Assembly: GCA_051530055.1 (NCBI GenBank)
Contig: CM121343.1
Location: 7,566,044-7,630,043 of the forward strand
Length of the DNA stretch: 64,000 nucleotides
Direction: 5' to 3'
From: Neoechinorhynchus agilis
Lineage: Eukaryota; Animalia; Acanthocephala
Shown here: positions 46,894 through 59,991 of the stretch, piece by piece
Position numbering within the stretch: the first letter of the stretch is position 1
Layout: each line of letters opens with the position of its first letter
Program-made: the position numbers and the translations under genes
The notes under the pieces: generated by a model
Database searches by the model: none
What the model saw: only the letters and a program-made list of their open reading frames with translations
What the model was told of the DNA's origin: nothing

Positions 46894-49500
46894 CTTAGTA
46901 ACCATGGTTATTCCACAAAAAACGAAGATATTCTTGTTGCAGGATTATTGTCTTCAGAGGAAAAGATGTTCTTTTTTTCTTAGTTTTGTCACTTCTCGGA
47001 TTTTAGTTCACTTTGAGCGTCCGATGGGAAAATGTCGGAATTATCCGAGAGGTGAAACATCGGGGAAATAAATCATCGGTGAATTTTGGAATGAGGCGGG
47101 AGGTTATAACAAAGAAAAACGAAGATATTCTTGTTGCAGGATTATTGTCTTCGGAGGAAAAGATGTTCTTTTTTTCTTAGTTTTGTCACTTCTCGGATTT
47201 TAATTCACTTTGAGCGTCCGATGGGAAAATGTCGGAATTATCCGAGAGGTGAAACATCGGGGAAATAAATCATCGGTGAATTTTGGAATGAGGCGGGAGG
47301 TATAACAAAGAAAAACGAAGATATTCTTGTTGCAGGATTATTGTCTTCGGAGGAAAAGATGTTCTTTTTTTCTTAGTTTTGTCACTTTTCGGATTTTAAT
47401 TCACTTTGAGCGTCCGATGGGAAAATGTCGGAATTATCCGAGAGGTGAAATATCGGGGAAATAAATCATCGGTGAATTTTACAATCCGGTGGGTGGTATA
47501 ACAAAGAAAAACGAAGATATTCTTGTTGCAGGATTATTGTCTTCGGAGGAAAAGATGTTCTTTTTTTCTTAGTTTTGTCACTTTTCGGATTTTAGTTCAC
47601 TTTGAGCGTCCGATGGGAAAATGTCGGAATTATCCGAGAGGTGAAATATCGGGGAAATAAATCATCGGTGAATTTTACAATCCGGTGGGTGGTATAACAA
47701 AGAAAACGAAGATATTCTTGTTGCAGGATTATTGTCTTCGGAGGAAAAGATGTTCTTTTTTTCTTAGTTTTGTCACTTCTCGGATTTTAGTTCACTTTGA
47801 GCGTCCGATGGGAAAATGTCGGAATTATCCGAGAGGTGAAATATCGGGGAAATAAATCATCGGTGAATTTTAGAATCAGGTGGGTGGTATAACAAAGAAA
47901 AACGAAGATATTCTTGTTGCAGGATTATTGTCTTCGGAGGAAAAGATGTTCTTTTTTTCTTAGTTTTGTCACTTTTCGGATTTTAGTTCACTTTGAGCGT
48001 CCGATGGGAAAATGTCGGAATTATCCGAGAGGTGAAATATCGGGGAAATAAATCATCGGTGAATTTTGGAATGAGGCGGTAGGTTATAACAAAGAAAAAC
48101 GAAGATATTCTTGTTGCAGGATTATTGTCTTCGGAGGAAAAGATGTTCTTTTTTCTTAGTTTTGTCACTTTTCGGATTTTAATTCACTTTGAGCGTCCGA
48201 TGGGAAAATGTCGGAATTATCCGAGAGGTGAAATATCGGGGAAATAAATCATCGGTGAATTTTACAATCCGGTGGGTGGTATAACAAAGAAAAACGAAGA
48301 TATTCTTGTTGCAGGATTATTGTCTTCGGAGGAAAAGATGTTCTTTTTTTCTTAGTTTTGTCACTTTTCGGATTTTAGTTCACTTTGAGCGTCCGATGGG
48401 AAAATGTCGGAATTATCCGAGAGGTGAAATATCGGGGAAATAAATCATCGGTGAATTTTGGAATGAGGCGGTAGGTTATAACAAAGAAAAACGAAGATAT
48501 TCTTGTTGCAGGATTATTGTCTTCGGAGGAAAAGATGTTCTTTTTTCTTAGTTTTGTCACTTCTCGGATTTTAATTCACTTTGAGCGTCCGATGGGAAAA
48601 TGTCGGAATTATCCGAGAGGTGAAATATCGGGGAAATAAATCATCGGTGAATTTTGGAATGAGGCGGGAGGTTATAACAAAGAAAAACGAAGATATTCTT
48701 GTTGCAGGATTATTGTCTTCGGAGGAAAAGATGTTCTTTTTTTCTTAGTTTTGTCACTTCTCGGATTTTAATTCACTTTGAGCGTCCGATGGGAAAATGT
48801 CGGAATTATCCGAGAGGTGAAATATCGGGGAAATAAATCATCGGTGAATTTTGGAATGAGGCGGGAGGTTATAACAAAGAAAAACGAAGATATTCTTGTT
48901 GCAGGATTATTGTCTTCGGAGGAAAAGATGTTCTTTTTTTCTTAGTTTTGTCACTTCTCGGATTTTAATTCACTTTGAGCGTCCGATGGGAAAATGTCGG
49001 AATTATCCGAGAGGTGAAATATCGGGGAAATAAATCATCGGTGAATTTTGGAATGAGGCGGGAGGTTATAACAAAGAAAAACGAAGATATTCTTGTTGCA
49101 GGATTATTGTCTTCGGAGGAAAAGATGTTCTTTTTTTCTTAGTTTTGTCACTTCTCGGATTTTAATTCACTTTGAGCGTCCGATGGGAAAATGTCGGAAT
49201 TATCCGAGAGGTGAAATATCGGGGAAATAAATCATCGGTGAATTTTGGAATGAGGCGGGAGGTTATAACAAAGAAAAACGAAGATATTCTTGTTGAAGGA
49301 TTATTGTCTTCGGAGGAAAAGATGTTCTTTTTTTTCTTAGTTTTGTCACTTCTCGGATTTTAATTCACTTTGAGCGTCCGATGGGAAAATGTCGGAATTA
49401 TCCGAGAGGTGAAATATCGGGGAAATAAATCATCGGTGAATTTTAGAATCCGGTGAGGTGGTATAACTAAGAAAAAACGAATATATTCTTGTTGCAGGAT
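46894..49500 (-). repeat. Tandem satellite family A, second array, opposite orientation, about 13 copies
   Basis: Reverse complement of the 28845 unit. Ends in CCGGTGAGGTGGTATAACTAAGAAA, as at 31311-31335. Confidence 0.97.
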
Positions 49501-49794
49501 AATCAGGTCATCTTGGACCTTAGTTTTTAAGGATACTCACGGCTCGTGTACCCACTGTGTTTAAAAACCTGACAATAAGTCGCAGCATTTAGGCCGTCCG
49601 TCCCCTTGAAACGGCTTTTAAAAATTCGACGGCATTGTGATGAAATCGATTGTAAAGTTTTTGTTAACTCTATATTTATAGAGGTCCCAATTATATTATT
49701 TTACATCTTGATCGCAAAATAGAATCGTTTTTGCCTCTATCCGCCTTAGCAAGGATCTAGAATAAATTTTCAATTATTAAACAATCTTTGTTGC

Positions 49795-50530
49795 TCAGCT
49801 TTCCTTGGATTTTACACTTCCATTAAAAGGTGCGAGATAGCTGGGCAAATTGATGTAGTCGTTTTTGTTGTTCAGATTCCTAAAATGTACGGTGAATCGT
49901 TGTCGTATGATGGTACAAGACTGTGCTTCATTTCTGTCGAGCTTGCCAATATTGAGTAGAGAAAAACAATGGTTTGCTAAAGCCGCGGTCATTGAGCGGT
50001 TGGTGTGACTGAGCGATCCATATTTATTCTTGAAACTACATGAAAATGGCTTGCATCTTCCTATGAATTGCTTCAGCTTGAATTGGTGCCATTTCGAGAA
50101 ATCGTGAATTGCTATAAGTCCTCAATTTCACGTTTTAATATACTGATCGATTGATTTCGTTGGAACATTAAAGAACAGCAGTGAATGAGAAATCTAAGCC
50201 TATTGGATTGTTACTGTGATCTCGTCGCGTGATCTCGATTGCTTGACCTTGGAAATCCACACTTTCCATTAGAAGTTGAGACGGCGGTTACAGTAGTCAC
50301 CGGACTCCCAGTTCGAGTCTTCGCTACTTCTAGATGACCGTTCAGCACTTTTTACGAGCGATACTTTTGTCCATTAATGTTCAGGGTGCAAAGGGCCCAT
50401 CAAGTGATAGCCGGCATGGCTCGGCAAATATGGATTGCTTTTAAGCTGTTGATAAGAAGATAATCCGTTTGACGAATCGCAACGTTGTTAATGCCTACAG
50501 TCACATTAAATGTGTCGATCTGTGAGTAGT
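49795..50530 (-). mobile_element. Highly decayed Gypsy-like gag/pol relic
   Basis: RFTVHFRNLNNKNDYINLPSYL resembles the RT motif R.C.D.R.LN..T..D.YPLP. A possible knuckle or protease trace (HICRA..LNINGQK) lies upstream. Many stops. Confidence 0.35.
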
Positions 50531-52497
50531 TGGCAACTGAGCAATTCTCATTAAAAATATTTGTTTCATTGAAGCTAACCTATAGTATCTGCCATTACGG
50601 AGGCTTTTGATTTGATATTTTCACTCGTTTTGGCTTAATTTTAGTCGATAAAGAAGAGAAAATCACGTTTTAGGCATTGGACACGAAATCAAAAATAATA
50701 GGCTTAAGTTTTGTAAGACGATCCACCAAAAACACACACATTCAGCCTACCTTAAAAAAAATTAACCACTCGACTCATGGTTCCACTTCGAATCGCTTTC
50801 ATATTGATTTAAGACTCATTTTGAGTATGTTCTATCGATCGGATTAAAACGCATTTTTCTAAATTGCGAAAAATAGATGAAGCCCCCACGTTTATCATCA
50901 ATAAATCATTTTCCACAACTGAGCTAAATCTCTTGTTCAAATTATGAGATGTTTTATTTAGTCTAGGAATTAGTTCTGTTAATTCATCATACGATGTCTT
51001 ATTGAATCTTTTCGTGAATCACGAAATGACTGGAAAAATTAGAACGATAATCCATGGAATTGAAGCGTTTTTCCGAAAAATCGGTATTTTTTACGAAATT
51101 ACTTTAATCGTGCAAATTGTGAGACGAATTGCACTCGATGAATAAAATCGAAAAATTCACGGAACTGTAAATTTCAAATGATTTTTGTTGTTTTTATGCA
51201 ATAAATCGTGGTCACCGCCACGAACGTTTATTGCATAAACCATTTACTTAAACAATTTGACTGGATGAGTTTGCGAGCAAACTAAATAATTTACATCACA
51301 CAAGCACCAGAAAGCCTCTTATCGCATATTAAATAAAGAAAACGAGCCAGACTGTTCATAGCACTGCAGAGGTCTATGATCATCGTATTGCGATATCACG
51401 GAGGTGATTAAATATATCGAATAATGAAATTCAATTTTTCTAGGCTCTTTTTTCTGTTCACTGCCCCGTTTCAGAAACAGATCTTGCATTAAACTTAACG
51501 CCGAGAGGTGATCCGTGTAGTTTCGAATAGAAAAACAACGTTACAAGCGTTCCTGCAAACAATAACCACCAATTCGAACCCGCCCGGCGGACTCGTGATC
51601 CACTCCAAAAACCAATAGCCAGTTTCATTAAAAAAAATCAGAACTCGATTGTTTATGAGGACCCAAACGGGGACATGGGTCCTGTTCTTTTTCTTTGTGC
51701 AGTAATAAAATGTGTTATAAAGAATCAAATGTAAAATATAATTTTTGGAAGTTGTAACGCTCAGGATATTTATCAGGATTAATCTAGTTCTCGACGGACA
51801 GTGACACATCGACGGAATCGTGTTTTGTTGGCCTGAAACATTTATATGGCATTTCCGAAGACAGTTTCTAAAAATTGGTTTCATGTCTAGAATATGAACT
51901 AAAGATAATAAGTGAGCTTTGGGATTAAGAAGAGAAAATGTCAGAATCGTTTGGTAAGGACCTCCAAAGTGTAGGTCGAAAAGGCTAACAATAATAAGAT
52001 ATGAACATACCTACAATAAATATTCAAAGAGCTTTAAGTTCAGAGTTTATTTATTATCAAGGCCTCATACACCCTTGTTAGTTTGTGACATCTTCTTTTT
52101 TGGCCTCTCGGCTATATTCCTCCTTTTGGGAGACACATCGGAGGCGCTTGGCCGCACTCGAAGGGCCAACCCTCTTCTGGGGCCGATGGGTGATCTCAAA
52201 CCTGACCTTTACCCTTCCAGCAGCCTCGCACAACACCCGTGGAAGTTCAGAGTGTGATCAACGAAAGCGATCGTTTCATACGAACGAGTTTTCGGCAAAA
52301 TGAAAAGGTTAGATATGTCGTCGGCGTTTAACAAAACCCGCTTTTTCTAACAAACACATTTAGCACACTACTGTTTTTGGTGTTCATTTGAGTTGATGTC
52401 AAGTAATTTTTTACTTGTCGGTCACATCGAAACGGTCTGATACGCTCTCATTTTCGTTGAAATTCCGCTTCCTCCCGCGCGCCTTCCAAGTACCAAT

Positions 52498-55400
52498 TTG
52501 AGACGGTGGTCCAACGCAGTAGACGTCGCGGACATCATTAAGTGGCCCAACGACCTGACGTTATCCATCCAGGTGCGTGCCTCCTGCGTGTCTCAGCTTC
52601 ATTGTTTGGTTAGCCTGCTGACTGGCTCCATCTCGTCGCGTACCCCGGCGGCCCTTTGCGAACCAAAGTACCGTTTAACACGTTCTAATAACGATATCGA
52701 GAACCGCGGCGAAACAGGACCAACGGAGGATCTTACGCCCGTCATGATCAAAAACGTCCTAATCGATCGGCGATGCTCGTCACCCGAATTCGCCATCGCC
52801 GAAACTCAATCCGGCAAAATTGTGGTCACTCATGTCAATCCAAATGCAAACGACCTTGTACGATCTTTACTAAACGTTGAAATCCGTGGGATCAATGGTA
52901 TACCCGTCACTGGAATGCCGCTCACACGTACTGAACAGGTAATAATAAGCTTTCTGTACTACACCCATCACTCATTCGTAAACTTGTTCTATTAATCCTA
53001 ATCTGCTTTCAAATTTATCCTTTTTTTTTAAATGCTCAATAGTGTATGTGCCAAAACCACCGCTGGTCCAGGACGAACTCTAAAGGACTTTCTTTTAAAG
53101 AGACTTGATGTTGCCTTCTTCTCATCAGTATTGATTATGCAATTGTATTTCAGGACGTGAGAACAACGCCTTCAATTCGAAACAACTTGTAAGTACAAGC
53201 ACTAAAGTTACGCTGCTTCTGTAACGATCCACCGCTGCCATCTCAAACTTCAAATGCAAGTCTTAGAGTTTCTGTTGTTGTTCTTACGACCTTCCACAAA
53301 ATAATCTCAAGTAATGGACTAATTTGTCTTTTTGTACAACATTTATTCTGAACTCTTTTTGAATGAACAACGCCAAAAAGTCGAGTTCCAAAATCTCCTT
53401 AATCAAGGTATCGCACAAAAGATCGCCATTTATGGCACGCTTATTCTCAGAATTTGTTCCTATCCGATTGAATCATTTAGCTTATCCGTTCATCCACAAA
53501 ACTTGAAATGCTGATCGCAAATCCACAATGCTACACCTACAAATGGATTGACGTTAATAACCGAAATCAAGTCACATCACCTCCACCATCGTATCTAACT
53601 CGAATCGATCATCATTCTTATACAAACCGATGGATCACCTTAAAAACTACAGAAAGATCAGAAACGAACACAAGAAAACCGTTGGGTCTCGTGATCAGGG
53701 GAGGGTCCGAATACGGCTTAGGCATTTTCGTATCGCGAATAGAGCAAAACACCGCAGCGGCTGAAGCAGGGTTATTAATTTCCGATCAAATTATCAATGT
53801 GAACGGCCATGACTTTCGCAATATCTCGCATTCCAAAGCTGTAAAAGTGCTCAGATCTTACACAACCTTACGCTTACTTGTTCGATACATCGGAAAATTG
53901 CCCGAACCAAGCGTGCATTCTGTTGAAAATAAGGGCAATGTATCGGAAAAAAATGGTATCCTCAGTACGAGGTTGGTTCTTGTATTTATTTGGACGAACC
54001 TTATTTGAAACGCTTTTGGTTTTCAGTTCAATTCAATTAAAAAAATACAAAAAGGGATGTTTTGCTCATGAATCCATGAAAATAGATAAACTGTTAAAGA
54101 GTTTGCCTGATCAATATCAAAAGCTCATAAAAGAATATCGGAAAGGAGAAATATGTATTGACGAACTAATGAATCTTTTGGTTCCATCTATTACGCAAGA
54201 CAAGGTTAGGTTTTCCTGTAACGTTTCTATTTAACGAAAGTTGAAGGCTTACATGTTTGAAAGCATTCGCGAAATGATCCGTGCTATTGATAAAGACAGA
54301 TATGACAATTATATTCTAAGATTGGAAATTGGCCGCCTAAGAAGGGTACGTTAGTTTTTTGTTAAAAATCGCGGCGATTGATGCCCTCGAGGTGAATTTC
54401 ATCAGAATTCTGCCTGAAATAGATAATTTTTAAAAATTTAACTACCCAAAAAACTATCGATTATCACCATATTTAAATTCCGACTTTTTAGTAGACAAGT
54501 GATTTTAATCTTTTTTAGGAAGTTAGCGATGACTAAATTCGGCCAAAATATTCTTTGGTAAGAAGTCTGATAATTAATGTATTATCTTCTAGAAATAATC
54601 CCTTAAACGTTATCAATCGTTACAGGGAATATTCTTAGCGTAAAGAAATTCTCCATTATAGTTTGTTTCAATAGCGAAGATTGTATCAATTAAATTTATT
54701 ATATGAAAATTTAATTGATACAATCTTCGCTATTGAAACAAAATATTCTTAGCGTTGTCAATTTCTTACCTTCTCAAAAACAAGTTAAACTTTGATCAGC
54801 ACTCCACACCTCATATTCGCGCAGTAGAAAGTAGTTTTAAAACTTGATGAAAATCCTTGTAAATACGGTAAAAGTTAGACTACTTGTAATTTTGTTCATC
54901 AGAATCTCTCGAAGTAAGCATTGCGCCTTGCAAGCAAAAAGTAGCTTAGTAAAAGTATTTAATTAACCTTACAAAAAATAGGCGGCTGAAGTGACTAAGA
55001 GCTGTTTATCTTTAAGAGATTCATCAACTGTTCATAGGAATTTAAGGGCGGATAGAAGGTGTGTATTCTCTTTAGAAAACTTAAAACGCGATCATTTTAC
55101 AGTCAATTATACGGCAAAATTCCGAGTACTCACATAGCAAGTTGCGCCGATATTAACAATGCGTACAGATTCAATCATTTTCGGACAATGGGATATGGCG
55201 GCGGCGGCGAAAATATAAAGCGTATAAATGTTACCAAGCTTCCATATTTATCAAATGCCGCTAAGCAATATTTAAAAGTAAGCTTGGAATTGCACAATTT
55301 CGTCTTTTTATGGGCTGTAAAAAGTTTTATCAGGAGCCTCAAGTCGTGGTAGTTGATAAGTGCCGTCCGTTCCTTGGAATTGCGATTGAGGGGAGTGGGA

Positions 55401-55642
55401 ACGACGGTCAATCGAGTATATATTGCCCATTTCCGAGAGTTGTTTACCTGCATCCGGATGGAGCGTCATCCGCATGTAGTCACATTGGACTCGGTTGCAT
55501 ATTGCTTCAAGTGAACGGTCGATCCCTCGAAGGATTGACCCACCGTCAAGCGGCGAGACTCATAGCAAACGCCTACAGGCAATCACGTCCCCCATGGCTT
55601 GAGTTTATGATAGCTGCACCGAAATTCACGATGATCAATTAA
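52498..55642 (+). CDS. WHRN: Whirlin-like multi-PDZ scaffold protein
   Basis: PDZ2 LGLVIRGGSEYGLGIFVSRIE...VRYIGKLP; harmonin-homology segment LIKEYRKGEICIDELMNLL...IREMI; PDZ3 LGIAIEG...LEGLTHRQAARLIANAY. A degenerate PDZ1 lies in 52750-52938. Confidence 0.85.
54662..54742. repeat. 36-bp perfect inverted repeat in a whirlin intron
   Basis: TTTGTTTCAATAGCGAAGATTGTATCAATTAAATTT, short loop, exact reverse complement. Flanked by the direct repeat AATATTCTTAGCGT (about 54629 and 54742). Confidence 0.9.
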
Positions 55643-55757
55643 ACTGAACAGAAGTCGACCAAACGAACACAAAAACCGCCAATGGATTATAAAAGCAATT
55701 ATGTGGGTGTATGTGGAATTCTTTAAAAGCTAATGGTGTTTGTTTTCTAGAATGTTA

Positions 55758-56824
55758 TTATTCATGTGAACTTTTGATTGCTTTGATTGCATATCCTTTG
55801 TTTCTAATAACACTGTGTCTATCACAGAGTACCGTGTATCTCATCAACCATTCCATCTTCCATAAATCATTGCCCTCATTGTCTGCCATCGAATGTTTGT
55901 TGATCAAAACGTTCAGTTCCGAATGAGAGAACATTTCATTCGGTTCGCGACTGACAAGCAATCGTGTGTGCGTTTCATTCGAAAACAATTTTAACTCAGG
56001 TGGAACCTGGCAGCAAATTGCAATGTCCACTTGTAACAATGAAGGCTTATGTCGCTCACAATTTCTATAAAGCTCTTGCAGAATATCCAGTGGCATATCC
56101 GTAAGTCCAGCATCACCCACGCTCTTTTCATCAATCAATGTCTCAACATACTTCCACAATTCCACCAACAACGGAATTTTGCCGTTTTCTGCTGTCATCG
56201 AATTAATCAGAGCATCAGGCAAACAAATAATCAAATTATCGATTTTATCAGTCTTTAAATAAGCGATCACTTATAACGGGAGCATGAACATTAAGCACAC
56301 AGCGACAAACAACTTACAATTATGAACTGCATCTCTGATCAAAGCTCCGTTTAGATTATAAAGAAACACTTTCTCTGTGAGGCATTAATATTAAAATGTC
56401 ATAAGATTGAATTAAGGTCACTGACGAGTAATTTTAAGATATGGTCTTTCCTCAGACTTGAACAGATTATTGCATGGACACCAATCGAGAGAAATGGAAT
56501 CTCTGTTCTGCACAAAACATTTTAGAAATTAAAACGTAAATCGAAGCACCCACCATTTCGTTTTTCCCCGGTTCTCGTTTAATCGAACTGTTGATGTAAT
56601 ATTGAAAAGCACAGTAGAGCGCACCGGAGATCTGAAAAATTTCTAGATCAATAGTGCAGAGATTTTAATCGTACCTCTTCTGCAGGACATGACGATCTTC
56701 GCTTATTGGCCATACAAGCAGGGCTAATAATGTTGCCTGTATGAAGAATCACCGATCCAGTTTTGTTAATATAATCGTAAATTTCATTAGTTTTGGTGAC
56801 TTGTGAGCTCAACGTTGTGGCCAT
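55758..56824 (-). CDS. GCLM: Glutamate-cysteine ligase modifier subunit
   Basis: N-terminal VILHTGNII...SCPAEE. C-terminal KPSLLQVDIAICCQVPPEL and WLMRYTVLCDRHSVIRNKGYAIKA match the GCLM pattern KPNSNQVNLASCCVMPPDL / WLLRYSVIVKSRGIIKSKGY. Confidence 0.9.
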
Positions 56825-59541
56825 CTTAAAATAATTTGAAAAACTGTCTAACGAGTATCAAAAAAACCCGTTTTTTTTCGAAGTAGGGGCTCATTCTATG
56901 AAGTGGGTTAAGTGTTGCGTAGGAGACTTCCATTTTTATAAACGCTCACATAAAAAACATGAGACGACGTTGTTCGCTCTTGTGTTTCGGGTTTGTTGGA
57001 TGCAAAATGCAAGTTGACTCACTTCCTATTTAAAAAAGATGGATCTTTTAAGACAGCTTAAACGATCGCCCCGTTCTTGTGACTTTGGCTTGCATTCAAG
57101 TGTCATATGAACGCATAAAGATGATTCTTGCAAATTATTAAGCGTTACACCCATCAATGCAGCCTCAATGCACGAAGAATCTTTGACGGTGGAGACTGAG
57201 CAACAAATTATACTCACATGCACCCATTTTGCTCATGTACTATACGCACGATTAAGAGTTACAAACCTTTTTTTGTCTAAAAGCGATCATCGTGTCAATT
57301 TTGACAGTTGAAACATTGATTTCACTCGCGCTTTGTGTCAGGCGTCCTCGATTTCCACAGATTACCTAAATATTATAGAGTCCTTTTTTAGCGATTTAAC
57401 AAAACAGTGCGAACCGGATTTATGCTTTACCGGCGATGCCGGAGCACCTAAACAATCGCTGTATTATTTGTCGCATCTTCTAATTAAATAATTCGACAAT
57501 TCCACTCAAAGATGTGTATATCCAAATTACATAGCATTCGTCCATTTTCTCAACAGAAAATAGTAAGGAAAAATTCTACAATTGTTAATGGATAAAGGTC
57601 GAATGTCAGATTATCTGACTACTTTGAAATGTATTAATGATATCGCATGGGTAAAGAGCTAATTCAAAACATACGATTTCTTCAATTTAAACTGAATATG
57701 AAAACACATTGAACGTATTTTCAAACGTCATTAGCAATATCAACTTGGTGAATAGTGTGTATATTTGCTGATGAACAGTGACTCGTGTTCATTTTGAGTC
57801 CGTAATACTTGTATGAAAACCAAATATATTTTAGAGTAGAAGACGGGACGGCAAAAGCTTTTGGACCCAATGAAGAGGTTTACGGTCAAACGAATGATTC
57901 GCCAGTAGACTCTATCTTTATATGGAATGCAATTCACATGCTATCGAAAGGCCATAACTTTTTAAGAATCCCAGATAAAAATTAAAAAGATGTCATTCTA
58001 ATGACGGTTTGATATATATGGACGATTGATCCCCAATATCTGGTAAGTTATAGAATTTTGTGAGTAGAAGTAACTAATTTCGTGCCGATTTCCAATGAAG
58101 AGGCTCAATAGTCGACGATCTAGAATGTGCAGTTCAAAAGACGCGATTTGTGCTGAAATGAATATAACCAAAAAAATCGACAATGACTATTTCCATTCCC
58201 CTTTGATCTCTTATCACGACCAAATCTCACTAACATTCACACAACCGCTCTCAATCACTCAGCTTATTTCCACGGGGAACTAACCAAAAATACCATTGAT
58301 TAGGAAATTTTTGGTTTTATTAAGTCACATTACAGCGATCTCTTTGCTTCCTGTATTCAAAACGCTTTGTGCGTCTTAAGACGGAAAATCGATCCCATTC
58401 TTAACAGCAAATGAATATAGCCTTATTATATATTACACTTTAGTAAACAAACAACCTAAGCTTTAGAATTCCAAAACTATTGGGAAGCTCCAATCTCGCG
58501 GATAAAATGTTATCATGAAGGGTCTTAAACCCGTTTTCAATAAGCTTCTCACCCCATCGCTTCTACCAAAAATGTTGCCAAGTAAATTTCATCGGTGTCG
58601 GACGTTTAACATCAAGAGATCTGGTGCCTTACAACGATTAACCTACGTTTGTTTACACGTATCTACAACAACAAAACCCAGTCGATCCGATGAGTAAATA
58701 ACGAATATGCCATTTTAGGCTGGTAAATAAGGCTCTGACTGAAGGCCAGCAACCTGCTTGACACATTCACGGCCAAATTTTATTAGCGGCGTAAATATTG
58801 GAAGATATCATATATTTTGTTTTTAGGAGCTTAATCGAAGGTGCTGAAACTGTCCTTGTGCTCCCGACTATCAGATTCCTGGCTTCTAAGCATCACAGAA
58901 CCTTGATTTCATTTCGCAACTCAAAGAAATTATTTTAAGTAAACGCAAGGCATGCTTTGTTCCTATAATTACAATGAATTACAACGCCTCCTCAAGCAAA
59001 CGATTAACAATTCACTGACCTCGTGAAAGTGATCGTAAATCTGAGGAGGTGGTAGTGAAAAGAACGTGCATTTTGTACTATAACTAGAATTCGAAGCTCA
59101 AAGTGACTTTGAATGTTTTAAAAATTAAGGAAAACCTAATGATCTGATGAACTTAATCAAATTTATTGTTAATGTTCTTAGGCAGCGGTCGGTATTTTTT
59201 GGGCTTGAGAATTATTTCATTGGTATTTTCCGAGAGTTTATGATCGATAATACTTTTAGCATTGATTATGTTACTTCATCATCATCATCATCATTCAACG
59301 ATGGTTAAAACCCCATTAAGATTGCGGTCTGGAAAAAGCCCAGGGACATGGTAGATGTGGCCGAAGAGGAGACTGCAATTCACTGCGTCGATTGTGGATT
59401 TCTGGAGCATTCAATGCGAAAGTTGATTCTAATAAATCAACACGTGAGATGGATTTCATAAGTGGCTAGAATTGTGACTAGTGTTTGTATGACTCCCTAA
59501 CGATCACACAACGATTATCTAAAAAGTATGTAGAAACGCTC

Positions 59542-59991
59542 TTATAAGGGATTTCGTCTTTGTTTGTAACATCTACATCCCATTCTAGCGAGCACCTCAA
59601 TGAAAGAGATAACCGTAAGTGCGGGGATGAACATCCAATGATAAAACTTCTTGAACAGTTGAGTCTCGATAACTCCAGTTCTGTTATATTCAGGCCAACG
59701 AAGAATGTTAGTAAGGTAAAGACAGGCCAGGATACATAAGGTAAGGTTAACAAGGGCTGCTAATTTCGACTGTAAACATTGATCGGTTACCATGAGTGAA
59801 TGAAGTGAATACCACAGAACTCCAGCTAAAGCCGCTACTCCGTAAATATGCATTCGGATGTAAGTGATCGCTGAAAATATAGCGCTCAACGACATGCAGA
59901 AAGTCACGAATGAGTGTACTCGGATGAAAATAACCATTTGCCGTCGTTGGCGTCTCTGAGTTGCTGTGTAGAATTCCGAACCATCGTCCAT
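59542..59991 (-). CDS. Small four-transmembrane-like membrane protein, family unknown
   Basis: About 149 aa from the first ATG (MDDGSEF), with four hydrophobic stretches. Confidence 0.5.
   Translation of the reverse strand: MDDGSEFYTATQRRQRRQMVIFIRVHSFVTFCMSLSAIFSAITYIRMHIYGVAALAGVLWYSLHSLMVTDQCLQSKLAALVNLTLCILACLYLTNILRWPEYNRTGVIETQLFKKFYHWMFIPALTVISFIEVLARMGCRCYKQRRNPL

Noticed and set aside
1745-49500. CRISPR-like arrays
   Set aside because: The repeats are full-length tandem units with no unique spacers, there are no cas genes, and the context is eukaryotic with introns.
57000-59460. Scattered exon-like frames (GPNEEVY, HCVDCGF and others)
   Set aside because: They could not be assembled into a consistent gene model or matched to a family.
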